From: Tubiluchus corallicola
Lineage: Eukaryota; Animalia; Priapulida
Length of the DNA: 64,000 nt
Assembly: GCA_030141605.1 (NCBI GenBank)
Contig: JAQGDQ010000434.1
Coordinates: 62,001 to 126,000, forward strand
Reading direction: 5' to 3'
The notes beneath the pieces are model-generated. The model was not told where the DNA came from. It did no database searches and saw nothing but the letters and a program-made list of their open reading frames with translations. The stretch's first letter is position 1. The number at the start of each line of letters is the position of its first letter. A program made the translations under genes and the position numbers. Positions 13,626 to 26,600 of this stretch are shown piece after piece.

Positions 13626-15659
13626 TGTGCTTGCCATTTTATTTTATTTTTCATATTCAATGGCTTGTATTGCCATTGAATTATGTGATGTTTCTATTCC
13701 GTCCTTATTTTTATATACATGTGTATAAATGAAACTGTGTGTTTGTCGTGATATCGTTTGGATGCTGCTGTCTATTGCATTTACATTTTTTGAAGCAAAG
13801 ATGCCTGAAACAAAACCAAAGGCATATTGTAGCATTGCTATACTGTATAGCTTTTGCAGAACAGTAATACATTTTGTTATTTGATCCATCGTAAAATCTT
13901 TATAAATGGTAGAAAATATTTGGCGTTTGCCTAGACAATTTTAGTTATTGCTTTATTGTTTTGCTCGCTAGGATTGTGAGATAGAAACTTTTTAAATGTG
14001 ATTATTATTATCGTGTAATGATTATTAGTATCATGTATAATATATTTAGTTTGTATTAGAATAGTAAATTTGTAATAGTTTAGTTTCCATGACATGCTTA
14101 TATATTTTGAACTGCTCTAATTAAAATGCTGATAAAGGTCCTTAATTTGATATCAATGGACTGACCCTGTAAGCTAAATTCTCTGTTTCGTTATATAGAT
14201 TGCGTCCTCGCAAAATGGCATTATATTTAAGCTAGTAGGTTTGATGTCCCACATTGTACCAATATTCCTTGCTTCTTTGTTTCAAAATACACATAGCTTT
14301 TCATAATTCGCAATATCTCATCGTGTGTGTTGAGGACTTTGCTGCACATATTAAACATTCCTTTAGGTGAGGCATTTAGAATTTTTGCGATTTATTTATT
14401 GTTTAAATTATCTACGTGTTTAGTGCTGTAACTAAATTATTATGCTATATAAATGATGCTGCTTAGCATTACCAATTAACTGCAGCCAATAAGATGACGT
14501 AGAAAATGTTTCAAGCAAATTAAGAATATCTACAGTAATTTATTGTATAGCCTATTTCCTAATTTGCTTGCTAGTTAAACTGGCTTTTATTAGTGTCTAA
14601 TGATGTTATTATTGTTGCATGAAGAATTTACATTTTAATGCATTGATAGCCGACTTGTTTTTCCGATAGTTGCATTTCAATACTTTTATCAACATAATCG
14701 AATCTCGGTCATACAATTCAATCTTTAGCAAAACTCCCATCCCGAAAGTGTTTAACACAAAAACTAAAAACTTTTATACTCATCCATCACTTGTAGAAAA
14801 ATGGGTGCAGTACAATATTTTGCCGGTTTCCCTCAAAATATTTTCGTCTAAGCCTCTTCATAGTACTATGCTGATACTACATGTATTCGATAGTGTCCGA
14901 ACGAATTAACTGATACATTTACTTTTCCTCGTACATGTGGCTTTCTAAATTTCTAAACGTGCAATGCAAGATTGTAGATATTTGGTTTCGTAGTAGAAAT
15001 GATCATTTTTGATTGTTTGCAAGCTGGAAATGAGTAATGTAGCTACCCCCAATTTCCTCTGACCTGAACAGCAGAGTAGTAGTGCCTGATGTGAAACAGC
15101 TTCCCATTTGGGCTGCTGAATCTTATTAGAAAGACCATGTTAGAAGCAGCACTCTGCGTCAACGTCAAGTACGACTTGTTAATAGCACAAAGTAATGGAT
15201 AAACCAGTATAGTATGAAAATATTTCCCAAGGAAATTGTGTTAGCAGGATTACAGTTTGCATATTTTACTGGCTTACTTTTCTATAGCCTTATGCCAATT
15301 TAATTTAAATTCATTGTTTCATTACTTAACTGAAGTTATTAAACATTGACTTGCTAAAAAGTTGTCTGTTTTGTTTCACTTTTGCATTTTGAAATGGGAC
15401 GGTGTTTTGTTTTTGGTGTGAAGCCATAATTAACACATTCTTTTTATAGCATCCAGTTGTACAGTACATGTACTTATGATAAAACTTCTGAAACTTGCAT
15501 GTATAATACTGGACAAAAAGAAACTACCGATATCTGTGGTTAGAATGTACTTCAATAATCACCATGATTTTTCCATTCATACCACAAAACACGATTGCCA
15601 GCAATGAACATTGCTAATTGCTTTTCTTAGCTTAGTTGCTATTTTTCTGAATCCACTGA

Positions 15660-15780
15660 AATAAAATTAATTATTATCGTCTGTTGCAATTATTTTACGT
15701 TGTATTACATGGTTGCAATAGTCTACACAATAAAACAAATCATCACATAAAATTCATAGGTTTATTAAATTTTAAATAAA
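15660..15780. terminator. Cluster of opposing poly(A) signals between convergent WDR35 and RIM 3' UTRs
   Basis: AATAAA on + at 15660, 15729 and 15775; AATAAA on - at 15766-15761. The + strand switches from T-rich to A-rich around here. Confidence 0.4.
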
Positions 15781-17631
15781 ACAATACAATGCTTTATACA
15801 AGTAATGATTATTTAATAATGTACTTTATATATGATCAAATAATGAGGAACCTTAAAACTTAAGCATGACCTCATTGTAATAATCCAATCATTTACTAGC
15901 AAGACGATACAAAGTTTAGATCAATGCTCCATAAATACAAAGAGAATAAAGACAGGATAGAAGCACTTCAAAATGACTTTGTAATATTACTTTAGAACCA
16001 TTATTTATTAAAGAACTGTGTTCAAGTAATACGTGATTTAGCAAATAATTGTTCGGCAAATGTTAAACAAAATAAAATCGAATGCATGTAAAGTGATGGG
16101 ACCTCGACCTAGTGCTCAAATTTTTACAGGTAGAATAATTTTTCATTCAAAAGGAGTACCTTTTTTAAATTAACACGCAACTGTGAAATAAGTTTATTAT
16201 AAGAATGCATTTGCTTACAGTAGATTTCCTTTAATGTATATACACAGAAGATAAAGCCTAAACCTACATAAATTGTTAATTTTGTTTCTGATTTTCAAAT
16301 TCTTATATACAAAACAAATTACAAAGACTAGACAAATTAATGATACAGATCAATCTTCCACAAACCAATATGTAATACACATTACATTAAAACTGCGACA
16401 TATGGAGGTGGTAAGGCTTACTATAACAGATACCTAAAAGAGAATAAAATCTACAGTCTGTATTATCGTTAACAAGATAATTTGGAATAAATATTTGTAG
16501 TACAAAACAACCGACAAAAACGTGATATTATACACCATACAAACATAGTACTTTCAAAGGCCTCTTTTGATAAGTAAACATCAAAACAAATACTTTAACG
16601 CTAAACATGGATGCAATGTGTTACACAAACAAGTGCACAAGTGCCTGAGCAACAAGCGAATAAACACTAGAATCACTATGCTTCATTGAGTATTCTAACC
16701 TTTATCTTCCTCGTAAACTGAAGTATTCATTAAACTTTGAAATATATGTATAGAGATTTCGGGAATAGTCATACTAATCACGCTAGGAAATTATTAGTGT
16801 TTTGCAACCAAGTTGTACAGAATGTTTGTAATATATGGTAAGTACTTAGGAAATGAATAGTGCATGTCACAACAGGCTTTAATTCACATAACAGCAGCAA
16901 ATGAACAATTACTCAGCCAATCTTGATCACAAAAATGCTGATGGCATTTCGTTGAGTTTTACCAGCTACGCATTCAAAACTTTATATTTTAGGGTTTCCG
17001 GTCACTTGAATTGTATAACTAGCAGTAAACTCTTTTGCTAATCAATAGCAAGGATATGCAGAGGTAAAAACTGAGGTAAAATACAAAGCATTTGTTACAA
17101 CTAATCATCATTGCAAAGCAATTCCTATTCAATGAGCTCACTATTATAGTGGCCAATTGCTTGCAAACACACACTCGTGCACACAACTTGCTCGGTCATG
17201 CACGCTCACAAGACATTTCACGTATAATATAATCTTATTGCTGTACATTTATATATAACACACCTTAAATTGTATATGTAGTGTCTTAATTAAGCTTATA
17301 ATTATATGAAATAGCTTGTTCTAGATTTGTAAATTAAACACTTCTTAACACGATTCTGCAAGGTTTTCATTATTTTCGAAAACTCGCATTAACAAACATC
17401 AGTGTCAAACTGATACGGAGCACATTATATAATAATTAGTTAATTAACATACATAGGAAGAGCAAAGGCACAATTACTAAAAGGTGCAGTACATGAATTA
17501 ACTGTTGGCACCCTTTCATTTCCAACACACATATATAATCAATAAAAATAAAATGTCAATGTAGAAGCATTTCTATATATATATATAAATCAAAGAACGG
17601 GCACCAGAGCTTTCTATCTATCTGCCTAGCA

Positions 17632-20600
17632 TTACCGGGTATGTGAAGTCTGCACTGTACCAACAGACTCCAGGGATGTTAGAGAACCTTTGCGCGACGA
17701 TCCAGATCCAGTGGATGTAACAGTTACTAACGAGGATGAATGAAAGAGTTTGTACCAGCCAATCACAATATTTGAAAGATCCAGTTCGTCTAGGACAATC
17801 TGAGCAACGCCCATGAATACTTTCTTTTCAAGTCGACCATAGTCACCCCAAACAGTAATCTAGTAAAACAAACTTGATAATTAAATGTGTGTGTTTTGGA
17901 AAATTTACTGGCTATAAAAAATAAATTGCATTACAATAACACATTTATTACATTCATGGTAATGAGTTGTTTGCAAAGATCAAGACAGTATCTCGGTTTG
18001 CCGGATCTCGCTTTTATGGACATTGAAAGAATCAGACAGAATCTGGACCGTTAAAAAGTCCCGCATACTACGAACACAGTCACTTGTTTTGGAGCTGACC
18101 GCTATAGTTGGCGTCACTTTGTTTACATCATTACATCAGTGTAACGTGATTGTTTCTATGTATATTATAGTGCACAAAAGCGACATAAGTAAGACGACAA
18201 AGAATAGAAAAAAGTTCATTGGTCACACAAAATTATCTATTTAAGCATGTGCAGAAAAAATAAAAAGTCAATTATGCGGAGTTATTTGAGTCACTTCCCG
18301 ACAGTTTTCGTATACTTTTGCCTAGGTACCCATACTAGACGTTTTTGAGACAGTTAGGCGATTGATTCTACATTACCATGAGTCTAATACACGGTGCCTA
18401 ATGTATTAGCTTAGTATCGGTAAATACAGACAAGTGGCAAATTCAGACCGACGTCTCCCCTCTTTTGTCTGGCACACCGAGATATGAGCGTATCTATAAA
18501 GTGTCTGGGCAGGGAAATAAGCAATGTTCACAGTTCATAAATATGAATTTTTTGTCTCATGAAAATGCATGTTACAAACTTTGACCTGTGCAATGTGCAT
18601 TAAATTACTTTATTTTTGTGCACTAATGAATGTGTCAAGTCTTACCTGTAAGACTCTGTTTTGATAAGGCTCATCAAAGACAAGTTGTTGCTGATAAAGG
18701 GGATCTAAGGTACGTCTGGAGATAGTTGTACGTTGTTTGGCTACACAATGTTTTCCATCCATTAAGTAAACTTTTACATAAGGAGCTGTCAAAAATAAAA
18801 AAACATGAAAGTTTCTAGAAAAGTAAGAATCAATGTGTACAGCAATAAGTTACACAAAATTACACAACTTAGTTACACTATGGTTTGTTAAAAGTGTGAC
18901 CTACCAGGCAAAATTTTAGAACCAGTTTTCGCTACAAGGCCTTTTGCTCTGATAACTTGAACCTCTAGTCGTCCTTTACGGTCACACAATTCTATCTGAA
19001 TATCACCCATCATTGGTGAGCCAAGGACTTGACGTCCAACTAACTGTCCTGGACCCAGTCCATCAATGAATTCAGTAAACTGACCTTCTGGCCCACCAAC
19101 ACGCATTGGTGTTGGCATCCATATTCTGTAAGACATTTGTAAGTAAAATTATTATACTTGTTTTGGACAGCAAACTATATAAAATTATCTTAACTTTATA
19201 AATGTGTAGTACTATATAGTTCATTTTTACATTATCCTATACAAACACTTTTATTTTAACATTATGGGGTTCTGGTAAGTTTACATGCATTATGTAAGAC
19301 ATTGTATAAAACATTATTTATAACTAACAGGTAGAAGTGAATGAAATTTTCTCGCTGAAAATACAAACTTAATAAAAAATTAAATGAGTGCGTTTGGCCT
19401 TGACAAAATCAGGCCTAAATTTTGTATGGAACACGTCGTTTTAGGGCAATGTAAATTTTTCTTAAACACAATCAGGTAAATAAAATGCTAAAATATCACC
19501 TACATAGTAATTTATTACAAACTGTTGTGCAAGCAAGAATAATAAAACTCCACATTTTTATTACCAAGTATAATCTTACCAAACATAAATTTGCAAAAGG
19601 CTACTGCTTGTAAACAATAAAAAATCAAAAAGCTAACAAAGACATAAAAATACTGACTGCTTGCAAAACGCGGATAAGTCTGTACAATAATGTCATCGTA
19701 TTTATTATTCAGCTGGCATGATCAGCTGCACTTGATCAATGCATTTATAAGCTGGTGTTAAATGTAAACTTACTGAGATGAACTGTCACTGCTCACACTC
19801 TCATTAGAATCCCGTGAAAGTTGTTGTTTGAGAATGCTGTCTTTACGCAAGTTCTCTGGCATCCCCACTTCTTCGCTTCTTTGCACAGTACTACGTTTTC
19901 TGCCTCCCGGCAAAGAACCACCATCTAAAGCGATACATAAGTTTTTCACTATTCGCCAGATACAAATGTTTCACTGTAAATTTAAAACTGAATCAGCAGC
20001 ACACAATAGCGCTTAAACTCTTAAACAAATTACAGTTTTTTCTTTGGAAGTTGAATAAACTGAATTCAATTGAAATTTATCCATTTTCACTATTACAAAA
20101 TAGATAAAGAGCATCATCTCATAAGAAAAAATGTCTGGATATGATTAAAAGGACACAGTGAGATGATCAAGAGTTTGGGAGAGAGACATAGCTGGTCAAG
20201 AAATCATATTACATAATAAATAGACCTAATAAATGAAAAAAGACATCTTGTAGAAAACTTTTGTTTAAAAATATATTCTGATAGACCATCTATCATCCTT
20301 AGGTACACCAAAATTTTGTAAAATATTTCAAAATTTTCACTGTAACTGAGGATGACAGGTGATCTACCAAAACATTTTTATTTTGTAATAGAAGAAAATA
20401 GAAATTTACATTTTCCTATAGATGTGTTTTGTTAACCAACTAAATTTTACAGCTGAATGATAGTACGAAGAACTTTACAAATTATTGTCGACAACTATTT
20501 ATGAAATTTATTTAAGGTTTTAATTTGGTATAAAACAATACCTGTAGCAGAAAGTTGAGATGTGCTGCTGCTCTTTCTGTTCAACCCAACAAAGGAAGCC

Positions 20601-23600
20601 ATTTTTACGCCGATGCTGGGTCTACGTTGTTTACCCTCTAGTGTCACCATTCCAGTGGCAGAATCTGATAAACTACCGTCTGTCTTCTCATATCCGAGGA
20701 CATCGCTGTTGCTGAGACTGCGTAGAAATGGTGGCTTCCCAGCTCGAGGGGGCGCTTGCTGGCGATTTTTAGCAAAACCTTGTTGCTGAGGGGAAGCGTA
20801 TTCACTGAAAGAATAAAATCAAGTAATTTTAGTTACGCTGTCACGTACATGAGCACATGGGCATGAAAGTTACACGAAATGCAAGTCTTCACTTAACCGC
20901 TATTGTTTGAAAAACACAATTTGGTGTTCTTCAATATCGCAAACATTTTGTAAGGGTTGACCAAAAGAAGAAAGTGTTAAAGCCAATAATGACCAGGGCC
21001 GGCTGAAGATAATAAATAATATATATATTATTTATTATCTTCAGCCGGCCCTGGTCATATTTGGTATAAAACAATACGTTGAAAAGTGAAACTAGCTGTG
21101 TGCAACTGCTTTAGAAGATTATATTTGATAAATGACATGTAAGACCTTCCACAACTTTCAACATAACAAATATGTACCGCCATTGACTCCCGGATATACC
21201 AGCTTGCAGCGCGTAAAATGTATAAAAAAATTGTACAACATTTTCATTTACCCTGTTTTTCTCTCTCTCTGTGGCTGCTCACTCTGTGTGGACATAGCAC
21301 TATTGAAGCTAGCTTTACTATTCTCCGATCCATCACTATCAACAGATTCATTATCTGGGGACATGGCTTTTCTTGACCGTCTATGGGTGCTTCCTTCATT
21401 ATCCGAAGCTAGTGAGCTGGTAGGAGTGGTCTTGTATGCATTCATTTTCATTCTCAATTTCATCTGCAATGCTCTTTTTTCTAAATCTTGGGCAATCTTA
21501 AAAAAAAATACACTCCATTGGATTAAAATAGTACATGAAAACCATATTATATAAACATGTATATAATGATAAAAGTCACACTAAATAACTTCATAGCATT
21601 TTGTTATCATTATAAGAATAATACTAGATAGAATAAATTTTAATAACAGAGTCGTGAAATGCATGCATTTATAACAATTAGTAAATATAGTAAAAAAAAT
21701 ATTACCCAAGTTAGTTTTTATGAAAACCAAAACCATCTACTTGAGAAGAAAAGAATCCGCAAAATAACCAATGTTTTTATATGAAAGAACTGCCTCTATT
21801 AAACCTATGTTAGAATATCCAGCTACTTATTACTTAGTACTGAATGTTTGGGTAGGAACTTAAATTTAATGTAAAAATCTGCCCGTATTACTAGAATAGC
21901 AACAAAAATTGTAAATTAGAAAACTCAGAGATTGATAAATCACTGCCTTAGCAGATTTTTGCTTACTCTATATACCCAAGCTCCCTAATTAGGATTTCAC
22001 CAGGTACTATTTGAAATAGCGCATTTAAGTGAATGTCCCCGATGTATTTTCTACCCTCAATGCATAAATTTAAATGCACTACTGAAATGTTAGCATTCAT
22101 GCTGTGGTTATACAGTGATAATAGACTAACAGTAGACTATAGCTCAACCAGCAGTTGCTTACAAAATGAAGTTCTTTTTCCAATGACGTGAACATATGAA
22201 ACAGTGATTTTTTTACAAGAGAGTATACACTACACACTTCATACAAATTGTTCATTAATTTAGAAAATACTAGCTGAGAGTACTTATGATTGCTTTTATT
22301 TGTGATTAATACAAAATAATTTAAGTTTGCGCTTACCATCCCTGAATCTTAACAATCAGGTATCCTGATAACCAACGGGTATAAGATAAGGGATTATAAA
22401 GGGCAGCCGAGTCTGGTTTTGGTACATGTGTAATAACTACTTTCTCATTTAAAAACAAGAAACACATAAAACTATAGATCACGAAACATTCTAAGACACA
22501 TTTCAGTTTTATTTAAACTCTGCTTGGCTTTGAAGCTATTATTACCAGGAAGAAGAACACAAAAAACATTCTTTACTATCAATGAAATGAACACTTTTTT
22601 ATCGTCTTACAGTTACTTACTAGCGACTGCATAACTTTCTTACAAATTTATGAACACACTATCATTACTTCTAGTTCTTTAGTTTTTCTCACTTTGCTTT
22701 ACTTTTGAGGAAGACTTCCCAGACATACAGTCCAATCTCCCTGCAAATGTGCTAGTCACTTCACTCAGCATTAATGTGATGATTTCACCAAGTCAACATT
22801 TGCAGCATCAGAATACTGCGTGGTGCACTCGGGAAAACCATTAGCACACGGTAAATTTGTCCAATTACTCACTTAACTTTTGCTGAAAAACTATTAGTGA
22901 GGCTCGGCCTTTACTTTAAAGTAATAGACGGGCTACCTTATCGCGCTGTAACGGCATATCCATTGGTATTTGAGGCAGTTGTCTTTTTTTTGTTGTCATA
23001 CTGTCAGGAGTATCACCATCTTTGTACGTTCTCTCTCTGCAAAATTAGAAAAATACATTTTTCAATACGTAAATGCAAAGAAAATAAAAATAAAACAAAC
23101 CAGTATAACACAGGGCAGGCATAAAGAAACCAGGAAAAGCTATTGTTAATAACTTGAAGAAACTACAGTACCTAGATTCCACCGGTGTAGATGGTCGATG
23201 CTGCATAGGAAGGTGCTCTTTTAGTCTATCTCGTCGAGGTGACATAGATCTATGCAGACTACTCACTGCCTTTTCCATTGGCACAGGTGAATGAGGTCTA
23301 CCCCGGTATTCATCTAGCTCAGATATGTTACGATCTCGGTACGGGCGCCGATTTCGCTCGTCTCGCTCTATTACTAAAAGAGTGAAAGGTAAAAACGTTT
23401 TCAGATTTTGAGAGAAGAGGTCCAAAAAGAAGTACAGAATATATATGATGCACAATGATGGTGCTTCACAAAATGAAATATATCAAAGTATGCATGCAAT
23501 TATTTTTGATTACCTTAGAAATTCAAATATTAAGCAGTTCTATAAAAATGCCACCTCTTTTCATTTTCAACTTGAAGGAATTGCTGCTCAGTAAAAATGT

Positions 23601-26600
23601 TTTAATAAATTCATGCTTAAAGTGAAACATGTCGTACCAGTGGCAGATCGTCCCCGGGGCTCAGGAGTAGACCTCTCCTCATAGTGGCGTGGCCTTCGAA
23701 AATCCTCTATATCCGAATTCAGCTCACTAATGCTACCCAAAGAGCTAAGACTAACGCCCTCACCCAGAGTAGCAGTACTCGTCACTGAACCTAGAGGGGA
23801 ATTAAACTCCTTCATTTCTTCATGTTCCACATCATTGACAACAAAACTTCGAGTATTGTTTCTATATGGGTGTTTGAAAGGCCTTATTTACTGCAAAGAC
23901 TGTATCAGTGAACAAGACAAGCTTTTTACGGAACTACCTGAGGAACTAAAGGCTCAGTTAAACTCTAGAAAATTCAATAAAAATAAATTTTAAATCGAAC
24001 AACTGTATTATTTTATTTAGCCCATTAACATTGATAGAGGCCTCTGATTATGCACTATAATTTCTATGGTAGAAAGTCAAATTTGACAATATCAGAAACA
24101 AATAGAATGTTTATTTAATGTCAGGCTATATGTAACTAGCAAAGAGTATAGTTGCACAATTCACAGCGTTCAACTGATTTATGTACAAGTAGACGACAGG
24201 TGACACATGGCACTTTACCAAAAACATAAAAATCAGTTAATTTAACCAGGTATATAAAAGAATTCATGTGCATGTTTAACTGCAGTGTTACACATCAAAT
24301 AAACACTCGTGATAACAGTATAAACAATGTCACACACTAGGTTAGTGTATTAAACTGCGGGTAAATCTATTACTGCCACCAGTATAAGCATGTTATATAT
24401 TACTATTATATATCGGATTGAGTAAATTTGGAACTGCTTGATATTTAAGAACATGACAAAAATGGCTAATTTAAAACAGCCAGAGTTTGAGAACTTCATG
24501 TAAGATAATACAAAGTAAGAAATTCTGTACAATGTGAGATAAGCTTAAGCCACAGAAACAACATGCATAGATACTTAGAACCAGTGAAGTTTTAGGCATG
24601 TGCAAAACAAGTCCTGACAAAAATGAAAGTGCAGTGAATATAGTGATATATTGTAATATAGTGATGTACAAATGCAGGAAAACAAGTGATGGGCCAGAGG
24701 ATCAATGAATAAGTGTCCATGCAATCCATATCAGACAATTAGATGATTCTATTCTTTACAAAATACAAGCTTATACAGATCTGCAATCTCAAGAAGCCTA
24801 CAGTTATCAATAATTATTAAAGAAATCAGTAAACACAGTAAGAATTTTAAGATAATTTTATGTAAGGAATCCAATGAATCCTTGTCACTTAATAAATTTC
24901 CTGTGTTTCTGTAGTCTTGCTTACATAACACTATCTTACACCTTGCGACAAGCTTCTATAGAAGTAGATATTCTACCCTCATGGTTTTTTTGCTATATAA
25001 TTTTATATATGAGTATAACACACGAGTATTTCCATTAAAATTGTGCATGACAACCAAAAAACTGACATAGCAATATGTTTTTTTCAGGAATGCATTTTGC
25101 ATAATACATTCAGCAGCACAAATAGTTAAATAAATGAATCACTGATGCACCCAAAAAACTTTATCAACAATTTATTTATATTGTTTACTATACATAATAT
25201 AGAACTACTAGTGCTTGAGCTTTACAAATGTCAAAAACTTTGTCTCTTTCCTTCCATATTGTATTGGAAACACAAAAATATAAAACTTTCTAAAATTGTT
25301 TCAAGGACTAAAATGTTCACTATTTTACTATTTATAAACCACAACTGAAATGCAAAGTAGTTTTATAAATTTGAACTATCAAGTGAGAACATTTGCAGAT
25401 GTACTATGACACTGTTGCTGTGTTGCCATGTTTCAAATGTTGCTATGTCTTCATCGATTTTTACATGTTTCCGCTAACAAGTTACGACTAAAAATGCACT
25501 AATACTGAGATGCTGAACAAAAATTACTGGTGACAAAATAAATTTCAATGTTCACAGTCTCAACTAAAGACCAATTCTTAAAAATCTTCAACATTTACTC
25601 TAAAAATGAGCAATTGTTACCTTGAACACCTCCAACTAAACTATCTTCATAGTCTAATTCAGATATATCACTGTCGCTGAACCCAGACAATCGACCAACA
25701 GGTGGCGGCTGCAACAACAGTTCCTCCTGATGTCGTATATCCGACTTAGCTTCCTGTGTCAACAAAAGTTGTAATAGTTTTAGCAAAAAGTTTCAATGAA
25801 GTAAATGACAATAAAGAACAATTACAAAATCTTGCATTAACTAGCACCTTTTGGGTATAATATCGAAAGAATTTTTGATGATTTCTTAAACGTTAATAAG
25901 TAAGAGTGCACTGTCCAACAACAAACGTTTTATAATTTAATTATGTGAAACAATTAGTAGTAAACAATTGATCACCTTGCAAAACAAACACGTCAAAAAT
26001 ATGACAGAACATTACGAACATTAATTGCTTTTAATTTGCGACTGCAGCCTCTTGCAACTTGCTTGAGTTTGCTTCACGGTTAAAGAAAACTGTAAATGTT
26101 AGCACAGCCATTAAATACAAAGCATGAAGTTTGCCATTCTAAGAAACTAATCATTTTTATTACTCTTGCGGGAAATATGCCTGGTTGGCATCGTTTTTAC
26201 TGCAGAAAGAATTGAAAACCTAGTGAATTCACAAGGTTATAAAATTAAGAAAGCACTATGCAAAATATAAAAAAGTTTGTACATTTACTATTTTACTAAA
26301 GTTACAGGATTACCAGTATGAAATACGTCCAAATGCATTTATGTAAACAGCAGAACTGGAAATAATTAGATGAGTGCTCGTAAAATGCCATTTGCTCGTT
26401 AGTTAATAAAGTAATAACCAGCACAGAGCAATTTCAACAAAATACAGCAATAATACGTTTAATAAAACAATATCTAATTTCCCCAGAGAACAGTAGTGGT
26501 CCCTGTCTTCTCTGATGTCATAAAATCTGCCTGCCATAATGACAGTCAGCGGGTTGCTAAAATGACTCTCACTGAACATTTTCATTTCATGGTCGTAGTG

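Noticed and set aside
14670-15302. ORF 14670-14909 and a coding-looking stretch near 15040-15300
   Set aside because: No recognisable family, interrupted by stops, and likely within the WDR35 3' UTR.
23791-23890. Upstream extension of RIM exon 13 (EHEEMKEFNSPL)
   Set aside because: Upstream AGs give the wrong phase, a stop, or lack a pyrimidine tract; the acceptor at 23791 fits.
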